64,000 nt of DNA from Alphaproteobacteria bacterium (lineage in GTDB: Bacteria > Pseudomonadota > Alphaproteobacteria > Micavibrionales > SZUA-601), in contig OZ244156.1 in assembly GCA_965216395.1 (NCBI GenBank), forward strand, positions 328,765 to 392,764, written 5' to 3'. Below, piece by piece: positions 1 through 10,400 of the stretch. Position 1 is the first letter of the stretch; every line of letters starts with the position of its first letter. The position numbers were made by a program, and so were the translations under genes. The notes beneath the pieces are model-generated. The model did no database searches. It was given only the letters and a program-made list of their open reading frames with translations, and had not been told where the DNA came from.

Positions 1-1476
<1,476 letters not shown>

Positions 1477-1496
1477 TCATGGTTATTTAAAAGTGT

Positions 1497-1531
1497 AAAA
1501 AAAATAAAAAAGGGGCGATATGCACCCCTTT
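1497..1531 (-). terminator. Rho-independent terminator/attenuator between rpmA and obg
   Basis: Hairpin AAAGGGG-N9-CCCCTTT at 1509-1531. On the minus strand it is followed by a long T tract (the plus-strand A run 1497-1511). Confidence 0.5.
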
Positions 1532-1583
1532 AAAATATAGATCATTTTGCCATATACAAATGACGAAATATTGCAGCTTATTA

Positions 1584-1862
1584 CTAAGCCGCTGTTTTTG
1601 TGTTTTCTTCCAAAGCTTCCACAGAAACGAATGTACGGTTCTTGCGACCTTTGAAAAATTTAACATGCCCATCTTGCAATGCATATATGGTGTGATCTTT
1701 ACCAAGGCCAACATTGTCTGCTGGATGGTATTTTGTGCCGCGCTGACGGATAATAATATTACCGGCAATAACCTGTTCACCACCAAATTTCTTAACGCCA
1801 AGACGACGACCGGCCGAATCACGACCGTTTCTGGAACTACTTGCTGCTTTCTTATGAGCCAT
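1584..1862 (-). CDS. rpmA: 50S ribosomal protein L27
   Basis: [31 protein letters not shown] is the canonical L27 N-terminus. Located next to rplU. Confidence 0.95.
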   Translation of the reverse strand: MAHKKAASSSRNGRDSAGRRLGVKKFGGEQVIAGNIIIRQRGTKYHPADNVGLGKDHTIYALQDGHVKFFKGRKNRTFVSVEALEENTKTAA

Positions 1863-1883
1863 AACTAAAAACCCTCAATTATT

Positions 1884-2168
1884 TTATTTGTTTGCAATAT
1901 CTGTGATTTCAAGAACTGTCACGTGTTGACGATGACCCTTCATACGGCGATAGCCTTGGCGACGTTTTTTCTTAAAAATAACAACCTTATCATCACGTTT
2001 TTGTTTGATGATTTTGGCCGAAGTCTTCCCTGTGTTGAGTTTATCACCCACCATCATGGTTTCTAATTCGATTTGATCACCCTCATTACCGACAAGTTTT
2101 TCAACTTCAATCTTGTCGCCTTTGGTAACGCGGTACTGCTTACCGCCTGTTTTGATTACTGCATACAT
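1884..2168 (-). CDS. rplU: 50S ribosomal protein L21
   Basis: MYAVIKTGGKQYRVTKGDKIEVEKL is the canonical L21 N-terminus. Confidence 0.95.
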   Translation of the reverse strand: MYAVIKTGGKQYRVTKGDKIEVEKLVGNEGDQIELETMMVGDKLNTGKTSAKIIKQKRDDKVVIFKKKRRQGYRRMKGHRQHVTVLEITDIANK

Positions 2169-2228
2169 GGATTTTCACCGTTTTCTTATTCAATTAATTA
2201 TTTACCCAAATAGGGCTTAGGCGAGTAA

Positions 2229-2256
2229 ACTATATGAATCGTGCCCAACTTGTCAA
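2229..2256 (-). promoter_or_regulatory. Candidate sigma70-type promoter for rplU-rpmA
   Basis: Minus strand reads TTGACA (2256-2251), a 16-nt spacer, then TATAGT (2234-2229). It lies about 60 nt upstream of the rplU start. Confidence 0.45.
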
Positions 2257-2265
2257 TTGTTAAAT

Positions 2266-3204
2266 TTAATTTTGCGGATTTGTCTGTGGTCCAATATGGT
2301 TAAAACCCCGCTGTCGTGCTAATTCAACCTGTTTTTGACGTTCACGCGCGCGTTTCTTTTTATCATCGGATAAACGGTCATAACATGTCGGGCATGTGAC
2401 TCCGGCTTCATATTTGTCTGATTGTTTATCTTGATCGGTAATGGGTTGGCGGCATCCATGACACATATCATAATCGCCCGGTGTCATATCATGTGTGACC
2501 GTGACACGGTCATCAAAAACAAAGCAATCGCCTTGCCATTTACTTTTATCCTGAGGGATGGTTTCTAAATATTTTAAAATACCACCATCCAATTGATAAA
2601 CCTGATCAAAACCTTGAGATTTCATATAAGCCGTTGCTTTTTCACAACGAATACCACCTGTACAGAACATGGCAATCTTTTTATCTTTTTTATCTTCTAG
2701 GTTTTGAGAAATATATTCGGGAAATTCTCGGAAATTGGTCGTTTTTGGATCAATCGCATTTTCAAAGGTACCAATGCTTGTTTCATAAGCATTACGCGTA
2801 TCAATGACAATTGTTTCTGGATCACTGATTAATTGGTTCCATTGATGTGCATCGACATGTTCACCTGTTTGGCCAATCACATCTACCTTACCCACACCCA
2901 AAGTAACAATTTCTTTTTTGAGGCGAACTTTCATACGAATAAAGGGATTAAAATCTGCATAGGATTCTTTATATTCCATATCTTTCATGCGTGGATCCGC
3001 CCAGATATGATTCATTACAGCATCAATACCGGTACGTGAACCAGCAATTGTGCCATTAATCCCCTCATGTGCGAGGAGTAACGTGCCTTTAACATCGTGT
3101 TGATTGCATAGTTCAAGCAAAGATGCTTGCCAATTTTTAAAATCGGGCAAATCAGCAAACTTGTAGAGCGCAGCAACGATAATATTTTTTTCATTCTTTG
3201 TCAT
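2266..3204 (-). CDS. trhO: Rhodanese-domain protein of the UPF0176/YceA family (tRNA U34 hydroxylase TrhO-like)
   Basis: 312 aa. It has the N-terminal YKF... region, a central rhodanese with the active-site loop FCTGGIRCEKA, and a C-terminal Cys cluster (CHGC...CPTC) typical of this family. Confidence 0.75.
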   Translation of the reverse strand: MTKNEKNIIVAALYKFADLPDFKNWQASLLELCNQHDVKGTLLLAHEGINGTIAGSRTGIDAVMNHIWADPRMKDMEYKESYADFNPFIRMKVRLKKEIVTLGVGKVDVIGQTGEHVDAHQWNQLISDPETIVIDTRNAYETSIGTFENAIDPKTTNFREFPEYISQNLEDKKDKKIAMFCTGGIRCEKATAYMKSQGFDQVYQLDGGILKYLETIPQDKSKWQGDCFVFDDRVTVTHDMTPGDYDMCHGCRQPITDQDKQSDKYEAGVTCPTCYDRLSDDKKKRARERQKQVELARQRGFNHIGPQTNPQN

Positions 3205-3324
3205 GGAAAGCTTTTTAGCACCGATTCACAATAAAAAAAAGTATTTTTACGTTGACTTTGCTCCTTTGGGCTGTTAGGTTCCCGTCTCAAAATAACGTAA
3301 AGATTAATTGTAAAGGTTTGAGTC

Positions 3325-3447
3325 ATGAAATCAAAACCATCATTAAAATCAAGAAAATTAGAGCCGGGCAGTAAAATTGTAAGACGTCGTGGTCGTCAAT
3401 ATGTCGTGAATAAAATTAACCCACGTGCAAAGACACGCCAAGCTTAA
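3325..3447 (+). CDS. rpmJ: 50S ribosomal protein L36 (alphaproteobacterial long type)
   Basis: Absent from the ORF track (40 aa). My translation is [40 protein letters not shown]. It matches the alpha-type L36 pattern (...[23 protein letters not shown]). A terminator hairpin follows. Confidence 0.85.
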   Translation: MKSKPSLKSRKLEPGSKIVRRRGRQYVVNKINPRAKTRQA

Positions 3448-3471
3448 TCATCTTTTAGCAAGAATTTATTG

Positions 3472-3501
3472 AAAAAAGGGCGATTTCTATCGCCCTTTTT
3501 T
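3472..3501. terminator. Bidirectional rho-independent terminator (rpmJ / rbsK)
   Basis: GGGCGAT-TTCT-ATCGCCC hairpin (3478-3495) flanked by an A run upstream and a T run downstream. It sits between convergent genes. Confidence 0.65.
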
Positions 3502-3557
3502 ATATCTATATTACCACCATTGGTAGATAACTTAGAGAATTTATGCGTTTAAATTTT

Positions 3558-4454
3558 TTAAGATTTGCTTTCAACTTCCGAAACTGTCGGCATAGACGGG
3601 CCAGCGCCAGGCCGAGTGACACATATCGAGGCTGCGATATTGGCAAATTGAACCGCGGCTTTTAAATTTTTACCTTGTGATAATTGCGCGGCAATAGCAC
3701 CAACAAAACAATCACCTGCGCCTGTTGTATCAACAGCACTGACCTCACATCCTTCAACATGAAAATGCTCATTATCTGTAAAGAGCGTGGCGCCTTTTGC
3801 ACCAAGTGTTACAATAATAGATTGCTTAGGTTTTTGGATTGCTGCCACTGCGTTAATAATAGATTCTTTACTGTTCACATCTTGTTTTGAGATAACCGCA
3901 AGTTCAGTTTCATTAACAACCAGAATATCAACTAGGTTAAAAAGATCGTCTGGTATAATTTTTGCGGGTGCTGGATTTAAAATGTTAATGCTACCATGGG
4001 GTTTGCCGTTTTTAAAAAAGGCTGTAATGGTTTCAACTGGGATCTCAAACTGTGAAACCAGAATATCTTTTTGATTTACGGGAATAGATTCAAGAGCTTC
4101 TGGTCGTAGTTCAAAATTAGCACCAGGTATCACAACAATTGTGTTATCTGATGTTTCTTTTGAAACGGTGATAATCGCCGTACCTGTTGGTTTATCACAT
4201 GTTTTGATCTGGTTTTCAATATTTTGTGACTCTAAAAACGTGACTAAATCTGTACCAAACCCATCTTGACCGACCATACCAATCATCACCGTATCTCCTC
4301 CGAGTTTTGCACTAGATACAGCTTGGTTGGCGCCTTTCCCACCAGGAAAATATTGTAAATTAGATCCAAAAACCGTTTCGCCAATTTTAGGATGGGTGTT
4401 TGATGTGGCAACGATGTCCATATTGATACTGCCTGCGATAATCACTTTACTCAT
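3558..4454 (-). CDS. rbsK: Ribokinase (PfkB family)
   Basis: GSINMDIV..., GGKGANQAV and C-terminal DTTGAGDCFVGA are the ribokinase/PfkB signatures. Confidence 0.85.
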   Translation of the reverse strand: MSKVIIAGSINMDIVATSNTHPKIGETVFGSNLQYFPGGKGANQAVSSAKLGGDTVMIGMVGQDGFGTDLVTFLESQNIENQIKTCDKPTGTAIITVSKETSDNTIVVIPGANFELRPEALESIPVNQKDILVSQFEIPVETITAFFKNGKPHGSINILNPAPAKIIPDDLFNLVDILVVNETELAVISKQDVNSKESIINAVAAIQKPKQSIIVTLGAKGATLFTDNEHFHVEGCEVSAVDTTGAGDCFVGAIAAQLSQGKNLKAAVQFANIAASICVTRPGAGPSMPTVSEVESKS

Positions 4455-4674
4455 GTTCTTTTTCTCCTTGTCTTGGCCATGGTGATAGGGCGAATGCCCA
4501 TATCATAATCAATTGTATAAATGGTATAAGTAATAAAAGTGACCAGGCTGGATGACGGCCTGCTTTGGCCAAAACAATACATGCCGCAACGATAAAATAA
4601 ACAAGTAATGGTCCAGCAATGGCCAATTCAAGCCATCGTGGAATAAATTCAAAAATAATACCACCTGTTTGCAT
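4447..4674 (-). CDS. Small membrane protein (2 predicted TM), paralogue of the next gene
   Basis: 75 aa and hydrophobic. Shares the core AG(R/L)xPxxxxxxLIPFIxLxxxxxxxxxxxW with the 71-aa neighbour. Its stop overlaps the rbsK start by 8 nt. Confidence 0.5.
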   Translation of the reverse strand: MQTGGIIFEFIPRWLELAIAGPLLVYFIVAACIVLAKAGRHPAWSLLLLIPFIQLIMIWAFALSPWPRQGEKEHE

Positions 4675-4677
4675 GGG

Positions 4678-4893
4678 TTACTTACTCTCTTTCTTTTTAA
4701 GGGGGGGAACCGTTGTCCAATGGCTATGGGCTAAAATAGATGTGGTAAGTAAAAGCCCAATAAATGGGATTAACACAAAAAAGGCGTAATAAGGTTTTAA
4801 ACCAGCTCTTACATATATTTTATAACAAGGATAGAGACATAATAGGCCAAATACTATGGCGGCAATAGCTGAGGGAAGGGTGTTGAAATTCAT
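4678..4893 (-). CDS. Small membrane protein (2 predicted TM), paralogue of the previous gene
   Basis: 71 aa: RAGLKPYYAFFVLIPFIGLLLTTSILAHSHW. It abuts the upstream gene's stop (4894). Confidence 0.5.
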   Translation of the reverse strand: MNFNTLPSAIAAIVFGLLCLYPCYKIYVRAGLKPYYAFFVLIPFIGLLLTTSILAHSHWTTVPPLKKKESK

Positions 4894-5424
4894 TTATCGG
4901 CATGCTCTCGTAATGGTTTTATAGGCTTGTGTTGTGCCCCGCAAACTGTAATGGTCAATTGTGGCGGTGCCACGATGGGATGTGCCCATAACGGTCATTT
5001 TTCGTCCCATGCGAAGAGCATTAACAAGTTTACGATCCGTGTCGCTATTTCGGCTCCAAGCGGTGTTCTTTTGAGTGAATAACTGAAAAGGCTTTTGATT
5101 GTCGATGGTTACATTGACATCGGTTTGTTCCATATGTTGATACCCTGAAATAAAACTGACTACATCATAGACTTTATCGGATTTTCGATGCGTGATAAAG
5201 GCATAAACGGGATCACGTCTTGAATAATTGCCTTCTGAAAGGGTGGGTTTTGACATCATAAAACACACTTTTTGACCATCTTCATAAGCAGAAAAGGCGC
5301 GCCAATCATGAAATTGTCCAATAAGGGTTGGTGAAATTGGGTTTGCATATGTATAGGATGGGGGTAATAAAACAGAAAAGATTAAATTGATAATGGCAAA
5401 CGCCGTTATTTGAAAATAAGACAT
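4894..5424 (-). CDS. Secreted protein, invasion-associated locus B (IalB)-like
   Basis: Has a signal peptide, then ...DWRAFSAYEDGQKVCFM... and a C-terminal RGTTQAYKTITRAC. Size and pattern resemble the IalB family. The call rests on pattern memory only. Confidence 0.45.
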   Translation of the reverse strand: MSYFQITAFAIINLIFSVLLPPSYTYANPISPTLIGQFHDWRAFSAYEDGQKVCFMMSKPTLSEGNYSRRDPVYAFITHRKSDKVYDVVSFISGYQHMEQTDVNVTIDNQKPFQLFTQKNTAWSRNSDTDRKLVNALRMGRKMTVMGTSHRGTATIDHYSLRGTTQAYKTITRACR

Positions 5425-5462
5425 GGTTTTATTTATAAGCCACTTGACCTGAACTTGAAAGA

Positions 5463-5972
5463 TTAAACGGCAAATCTGTTCATTTTTGCTGTTTTTGGTC
5501 CACCTGGCATCAGCGGGCGATCAGGAAAACGACCACGACTAATCAAGCGGTCATAGATAATTAAAGCACCGGCCACGCCAACATTGACACAAAATTTCAT
5601 CGGTATTTTGACGATAAAGTCACATCGTTTTTGTATGTCATCGGACAAATTACCCTTTTCGGGGCCTAAAATGTAAGCGGCAGCTTTAGGATGTCGAAAA
5701 CTGGGTAATTCAATGGCATCTTCGGTTAATTCAACCCCTACAAGGGCACATTTATTGGGTAAAATTAAATCTTGAGGCGTTGGGAAGTTATAAAGGGGCA
5801 TACTTGTTACCGCACGCGAAGTGTCAGAACTGCGTACAGCTTTTAAATCAACGGCGGGTTTGATAAAGAAGAAAAAACTTCCGCCAAAAGAATGGGTTGA
5901 ACGTATTAGATTTCCTGCATTGTTTTCCTTACTACTGCTTTCAACACCCATGGCAAAATATCCAGACATCAT
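5463..5972 (-). CDS. SpoU/TrmH-family RNA 2'-O-methyltransferase
   Basis: GYFAMGVESSSKENNAGNLIRSTHSFGGSFFF and C-terminal GPEKGNLS...IPM...NVGVAGALIIYD (the SPOUT knot motifs). Confidence 0.7.
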   Translation of the reverse strand: MMSGYFAMGVESSSKENNAGNLIRSTHSFGGSFFFFIKPAVDLKAVRSSDTSRAVTSMPLYNFPTPQDLILPNKCALVGVELTEDAIELPSFRHPKAAAYILGPEKGNLSDDIQKRCDFIVKIPMKFCVNVGVAGALIIYDRLISRGRFPDRPLMPGGPKTAKMNRFAV

Positions 5973-6059
5973 GGTTGATTTTTACCTCTCTATTAAATTT
6001 TAATTTTTAATATATAATAATTGTGTTCAAGCAAAATACCAGAGGTGGTTTTTTAAACT

Positions 6060-6608
6060 ATGAAAAAAAATATACGATTATTCCCAATTTGTTGTGTGGC
6101 TCTCTTAAATTTATACTTTGTATATCCAGCTTTGGTAATGGCGGATGATCACAATGATATGGTTTTAAAGGCGCAAGATAAAACGATTAAAACATCTGAA
6201 GAATCCGTTGATACACAAGAACAAGAAATGGAAATAAAGGAAGAGGTTATCAATTATCAAAAAATTCTTTCTTTCCCAATAGACAGAGAAAAGCTGATTT
6301 CTTTTGTTACATTGGCCGATAAAATTAATCGTGTGAATCGCAAATGGGATATGCTGATTAGTGGTGCTGAGACGGAAAGTCTGACTTTGGAGTATATCAC
6401 CTTATTGAACGAAGAAATGACGCAAGTTTTAAATAATGCTCCTATGATCACATTAGCAGAATATAACGAAATATTTGCACTGACCACGCGTGATGAAGAA
6501 TTTAAAACCATCGTGGATGCTTTTCATGATTATCATGTTGTGAGACCACGTTTAGAGGCCGAAATTGTGATTAATCAAGATGAAAGTTCAGCAATATCTG
6601 AAAATTGA
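6060..6608 (+). CDS. Hypothetical secreted protein
   Basis: N-terminal signal-like segment LFPICCVALLNLYFVYPALVMA. No recognisable domain. Its 3' end overlaps the convergent CoA-ligase gene by 34 nt. Confidence 0.4.
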   Translation: MKKNIRLFPICCVALLNLYFVYPALVMADDHNDMVLKAQDKTIKTSEESVDTQEQEMEIKEEVINYQKILSFPIDREKLISFVTLADKINRVNRKWDMLISGAETESLTLEYITLLNEEMTQVLNNAPMITLAEYNEIFALTTRDEEFKTIVDAFHDYHVVRPRLEAEIVINQDESSAISEN

Positions 6609-8554
6609 TCAAGACTTTCTGGATTAGCCAAAGCTTCACGGTTTTTAATTTTTTGCCCGTTGACCATGTTACGCACGGCGATCTCTGATATTTTACCACT
6701 TTTGGTTCTTGGGATATCAGAAACTTGAATAATTTTTGCGGGAACATGACGTGGTGAAGCCCCTTTTTTAATGGTTGTTTTAATCTTTAACTTTAATTCT
6801 TTATCAAGCGTATTTTTATCATTTAAAACAACAAACAGAACGATTCGTTCATCATCACGCCATTTCTGACCGATTGCGATGCTTTCTATGACTTCCTCTA
6901 ATTGTTCAACTTGGCGATAAATCTCTGCTGTACCAAGCCTGACACCCCCTGGGTTGAGGGTTGTATCGGATCGTCCATGAATAATAAATCCGTGACTGGG
7001 GGTTTTTTCTGCAAAATCACCATGCTGCCATATATTTTCATAGGTTGAAAAATAGGCGTTTTGGTAACGTTCACCTGTTTCATCGCCCCAAAAATTAATC
7101 GGCATAGACGGAAATGGTTTTGTGCATACCAATTCACCTTTTTCACCAATTTCGGCTGGTTTTCCGTCATCATTAAACACATCGACAGCCATGCCCAGCC
7201 CAGCTGTTTGTAATTCTCCACGCCAAACGGCACGTACGGGCACACCTAAAACAAAACAGGAAATAATATCCGTTCCCCCTGAAATAGAAGCTAAATGGAC
7301 ATCTTGTTTGATATTTGAATAGACATAGTCAAAACTTTCAGGTACCAGAGCCGATCCGGTAGAGGCAATTGTCTTGAGGTATTTCAAATCATGGCTGGTT
7401 TTGAAGTCATAATTTCGTTTTTTTAGTGCATCAATAAACTTCGCAGCTGTGCCAAAAAAGGTTGTTTTGGTTTTTTCAGCATAATCAAAAAGTACGTTAC
7501 CGTTTGGATAAAAAGGTGACCCATCATAAAGGATTAATGTGGCTTGGCTGGCCAAAGCGCCAACAAGCCAATTCCACATCATCCAGCCACAGGTTGTATA
7601 ATAAAAAACGCGATCTCCTGGCTTGATGTCACAATGTAATTGATGTTCTTTTAAATGTTGAATCAGCGTGCCACCAGCGCCATGGGTGATACATTTAGGC
7701 GCCCCAGTCGTACCCGATGAAAACATAATAAAGAGCGGATGATTGAATGGTAAATGCGTGTATTCGACGTCTTTGGTAGTAAAAGGATCTAAAAACATTT
7801 GCAATAGTGCCGTCTTTTCATTTTGCAAAAGCCGATGTTCTTCTATTTCCATTCCTTTTCTATATGGAATAATAATCAGTTTTTCTAAGCTGGGGATGAG
7901 TGGAATAAGTTTTTCAATTTTATCAAGGCATGAAATCCATTTACCATTATGATAATATCCATCTGTGGCAAAAAGTACCTTTGGATTGACTTGGCCAAAA
8001 CGATCAGCGATACCTTGGACGCCAAAATCAGGCGAAGTGGATGACCAAATTGCGCCAATACTTGTTGCTGCCAACATAGTAGCAATTGTTTCCGGCGTAT
8101 TGGGCAGTAATCCGGCTACACGGTCATTTGCGGTGATACCACTTTCTTTTAATGCTTGTTGAATAAGACTGACCTGTATGTGTAAATCTTGGTAACTCCA
8201 TTCATATTGAACTTTACCTTCTCCATTAAAAATTAGAGCGGTATCTTTATTTTTCTTGCGGAGTAAATTTTCTGCGTAATTGAGGCGTGCTTCTGAAAAA
8301 AAACGTGCGCCTGGCATTTGATTTATATCTTCAACTGTTTTTGTCCCCTTTTCTGGGGCGATAATTTTACAAAAATCCCAAATACACGTCCAAAATTCAC
8401 CAATATTGTCAACCGACCATTGATAAAGTTCTCGATAATTACTTAACTTCGTTTGATGTTTCTGGTTCAAATATTGACGAAAATCATTGATATTTGATTG
8501 CGTGATAAGGTCACCATTAGGTTCCCACATGATTTGATTTTGGTGTTTTGACAT
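6575..8554 (-). CDS. Acetoacetyl-CoA synthetase (acetoacetate-CoA ligase, AMP-forming)
   Basis: 659 aa. The N-terminus ...YRELYQWSVDNIGEFW is typical of acetoacetyl-CoA synthetases. AMP-binding motifs FSSGTTGAPK and IPRTKSGK are present. Confidence 0.8.
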   Translation of the reverse strand: MSKHQNQIMWEPNGDLITQSNINDFRQYLNQKHQTKLSNYRELYQWSVDNIGEFWTCIWDFCKIIAPEKGTKTVEDINQMPGARFFSEARLNYAENLLRKKNKDTALIFNGEGKVQYEWSYQDLHIQVSLIQQALKESGITANDRVAGLLPNTPETIATMLAATSIGAIWSSTSPDFGVQGIADRFGQVNPKVLFATDGYYHNGKWISCLDKIEKLIPLIPSLEKLIIIPYRKGMEIEEHRLLQNEKTALLQMFLDPFTTKDVEYTHLPFNHPLFIMFSSGTTGAPKCITHGAGGTLIQHLKEHQLHCDIKPGDRVFYYTTCGWMMWNWLVGALASQATLILYDGSPFYPNGNVLFDYAEKTKTTFFGTAAKFIDALKKRNYDFKTSHDLKYLKTIASTGSALVPESFDYVYSNIKQDVHLASISGGTDIISCFVLGVPVRAVWRGELQTAGLGMAVDVFNDDGKPAEIGEKGELVCTKPFPSMPINFWGDETGERYQNAYFSTYENIWQHGDFAEKTPSHGFIIHGRSDTTLNPGGVRLGTAEIYRQVEQLEEVIESIAIGQKWRDDERIVLFVVLNDKNTLDKELKLKIKTTIKKGASPRHVPAKIIQVSDIPRTKSGKISEIAVRNMVNGQKIKNREALANPESLDQFSDIAELSS

Positions 8555-8652
8555 TTTTTTCTATTTTTTATTAAAGACTGTCATTATTTATCAACTATTT
8601 TACTCGATAATCAATGGTTCAAATCTAAAAAATGAAAATTTAAGGAATAAAA

Positions 8653-9396
8653 GTGATTAAAGTAGTAGCATTCGATTGCGATGACACATTATGGCATGAT
8701 AGCCATCTTTTTGATGAAGGAAAAGATTATTTTAAGTCAATAATTATGAAATATTCTTCTCAAACAGGTGTTCGTGAAGCGTTGGCTCAAAGCCATATTA
8801 ATCATTTGGATACATATGGTTATGGCATAAAAAGTTTTACATTAACCATGGTTGAATTAGCCATTAAGATCACAGACAGCAAAATTAGTGCGCAAGATAT
8901 TCAAAAAATTATTGATATGGGGAAAAATATGCTCCATACACCCATTGTTCTGTGTGATGGCGTTGAAAAAACTCTCCAAAAGTTATCAAAAATGAAAGAA
9001 TATCAAATATTTGCAATCACCAAAGGCGATCTATTTGCCCAAGAAATTAAAATGGAGCGTTCAGGTCTAAAAAGTTTTTTTGATGTTATTGAAATTGTTT
9101 CTGAAAAAACTTCACAAACCTATCAAGATATATTTGCGTTGCATAATGTTAAGCCGAGTGAAGTTTTAATGATTGGCAATTCTTTGAAGTCAGATATTTT
9201 ACCTGTATTAAAAATTGGGGGACATGGGGCGCATATTCCAGCGCATAAAACCTGGCGCCATGAAATCGTTGAAGAGGCAAAAATCGCGGATACACAGTTT
9301 TTAATTTTTGATCATATCAGTGAAGTTTTTGATGTTTTAGAACGTGCTAAAACAATTAAAGATAATAATTTCGAAGCCTTATACGCAGTGGATTAA
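8653..9396 (+). CDS. HAD-superfamily hydrolase
   Basis: GTG start. VVAFDCDDTLW (DxDxT motif), ITKGD and GNSLKSD motifs. Confidence 0.65.
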   Translation: MIKVVAFDCDDTLWHDSHLFDEGKDYFKSIIMKYSSQTGVREALAQSHINHLDTYGYGIKSFTLTMVELAIKITDSKISAQDIQKIIDMGKNMLHTPIVLCDGVEKTLQKLSKMKEYQIFAITKGDLFAQEIKMERSGLKSFFDVIEIVSEKTSQTYQDIFALHNVKPSEVLMIGNSLKSDILPVLKIGGHGAHIPAHKTWRHEIVEEAKIADTQFLIFDHISEVFDVLERAKTIKDNNFEALYAVD

Positions 9397-9590
9397 TCAT
9401 TTATTTTCCGGGCATGATCAATCAGCATAATAGGGATATCATCATCTATAGGATAGGCTAGGCCCGCTTCTTTGCAAATGAGTTCACCGGTTTTTTTATT
9501 ATAACTCAGGGATGCTTTTGTCAGCGGACAGACAATTTTTTCTAAAATTTTTGGTGAAACTCCGCCCACTTCATGTTTGTTTTTTGTCAA
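9393..9590 (-). CDS. Trm112/YcaR-family small zinc-ribbon-like protein (UPF0434)
   Basis: 65 aa. LEKIVCPLTKASLSYNKKTGELICKEAGLAYPIDDDIPIMLIDHAR is the family pattern. Confidence 0.8.
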   Translation of the reverse strand: MTKNKHEVGGVSPKILEKIVCPLTKASLSYNKKTGELICKEAGLAYPIDDDIPIMLIDHARKIND

Positions 9591-10138
9591 TGATCATCTC
9601 CTTCGAATCTATCAAGTAGAAATCTTTGATAATGATATCCCAGTGAATCAATAAATTTTAAAAGATCGGTTGACTTAATCACGGTGCTTTTATCGTTCTT
9701 TAAAGGGTGGAAAACAACATAATCGCCTTTGAACAGATGCTCATCTAAAATGACGTTTAAGGCTTTGTTTGAATCATTGAGAAGCGCAAAAGGCGTAACA
9801 GAACCTGGTGTAACATCTAATAATTCTTGCATTTTTTCAGCTTTCCCAAATGAAAACCGTTTGGTGCCAATTTTCTTTCTTAATCCATTGAGATCAACAC
9901 GTGTATCATCCTTAGCGATCACCAACCAATAATTATCTGATTTATTCGTCAGAAAAAGTGATTTTCCTCCCGTACCGGGAATATCTTTTTTTAAATCTTT
10001 GCCTTCATCGACAGTCATGATGGGTGGATGTTGATAGGTTTCATGATGTATATCTTGTTTGTCAAAATATTTAAAAAGAGCTATTTGACTAGGCGATAAA
10101 TCTTCCTTTTGAATATTTCCTATCTTTATAGCGTGCAT
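9587..10138 (-). CDS. YbaK/ProX-type aminoacyl-tRNA editing (prolyl-tRNA synthetase associated) domain protein
   Basis: ...HETYQHPPIMTVDEGKDL...GGKSLFL... pattern. I prefer ATG 10138, which is preceded by AGGAG, over the TTG at 10171 used by the track. Confidence 0.65.
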   Translation of the reverse strand: MHAIKIGNIQKEDLSPSQIALFKYFDKQDIHHETYQHPPIMTVDEGKDLKKDIPGTGGKSLFLTNKSDNYWLVIAKDDTRVDLNGLRKKIGTKRFSFGKAEKMQELLDVTPGSVTPFALLNDSNKALNVILDEHLFKGDYVVFHPLKNDKSTVIKSTDLLKFIDSLGYHYQRFLLDRFEGDDH

Positions 10139-10231
10139 TTTTTTTAATCTCCTGATTTTTTTATCTTGCAAAGAATCGAATGATCATTATTATACGCATC
10201 CGCATCAGAATTTTAAATCTTTTGTTATGAT

Positions 10232-10306
10232 GCGAGTGTAGCTCAGCGGTAGAGCATCTCGTTGCCAACGAGAAGGTCGAGGGTTCGAACCCCTTCACTC
10301 GCTCCA
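10232..10306 (+). tRNA. tRNA-Gly (anticodon GCC), CCA encoded
   Basis: Manual cloverleaf: acceptor GCGAGTG/CACTCGC, anticodon stem TCTCG/CGAGA with loop TTGCCAA, T-loop TTCGAAC. Confidence 0.9.
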
Positions 10307-10400
10307 TTCTTTCTGATAAATTTCATCCTCTCTTAATGTTTTTGGTGCAGATTTCATAAAATAATATCTAACCATATACACTATTGAAGAAAGTTTTGTT

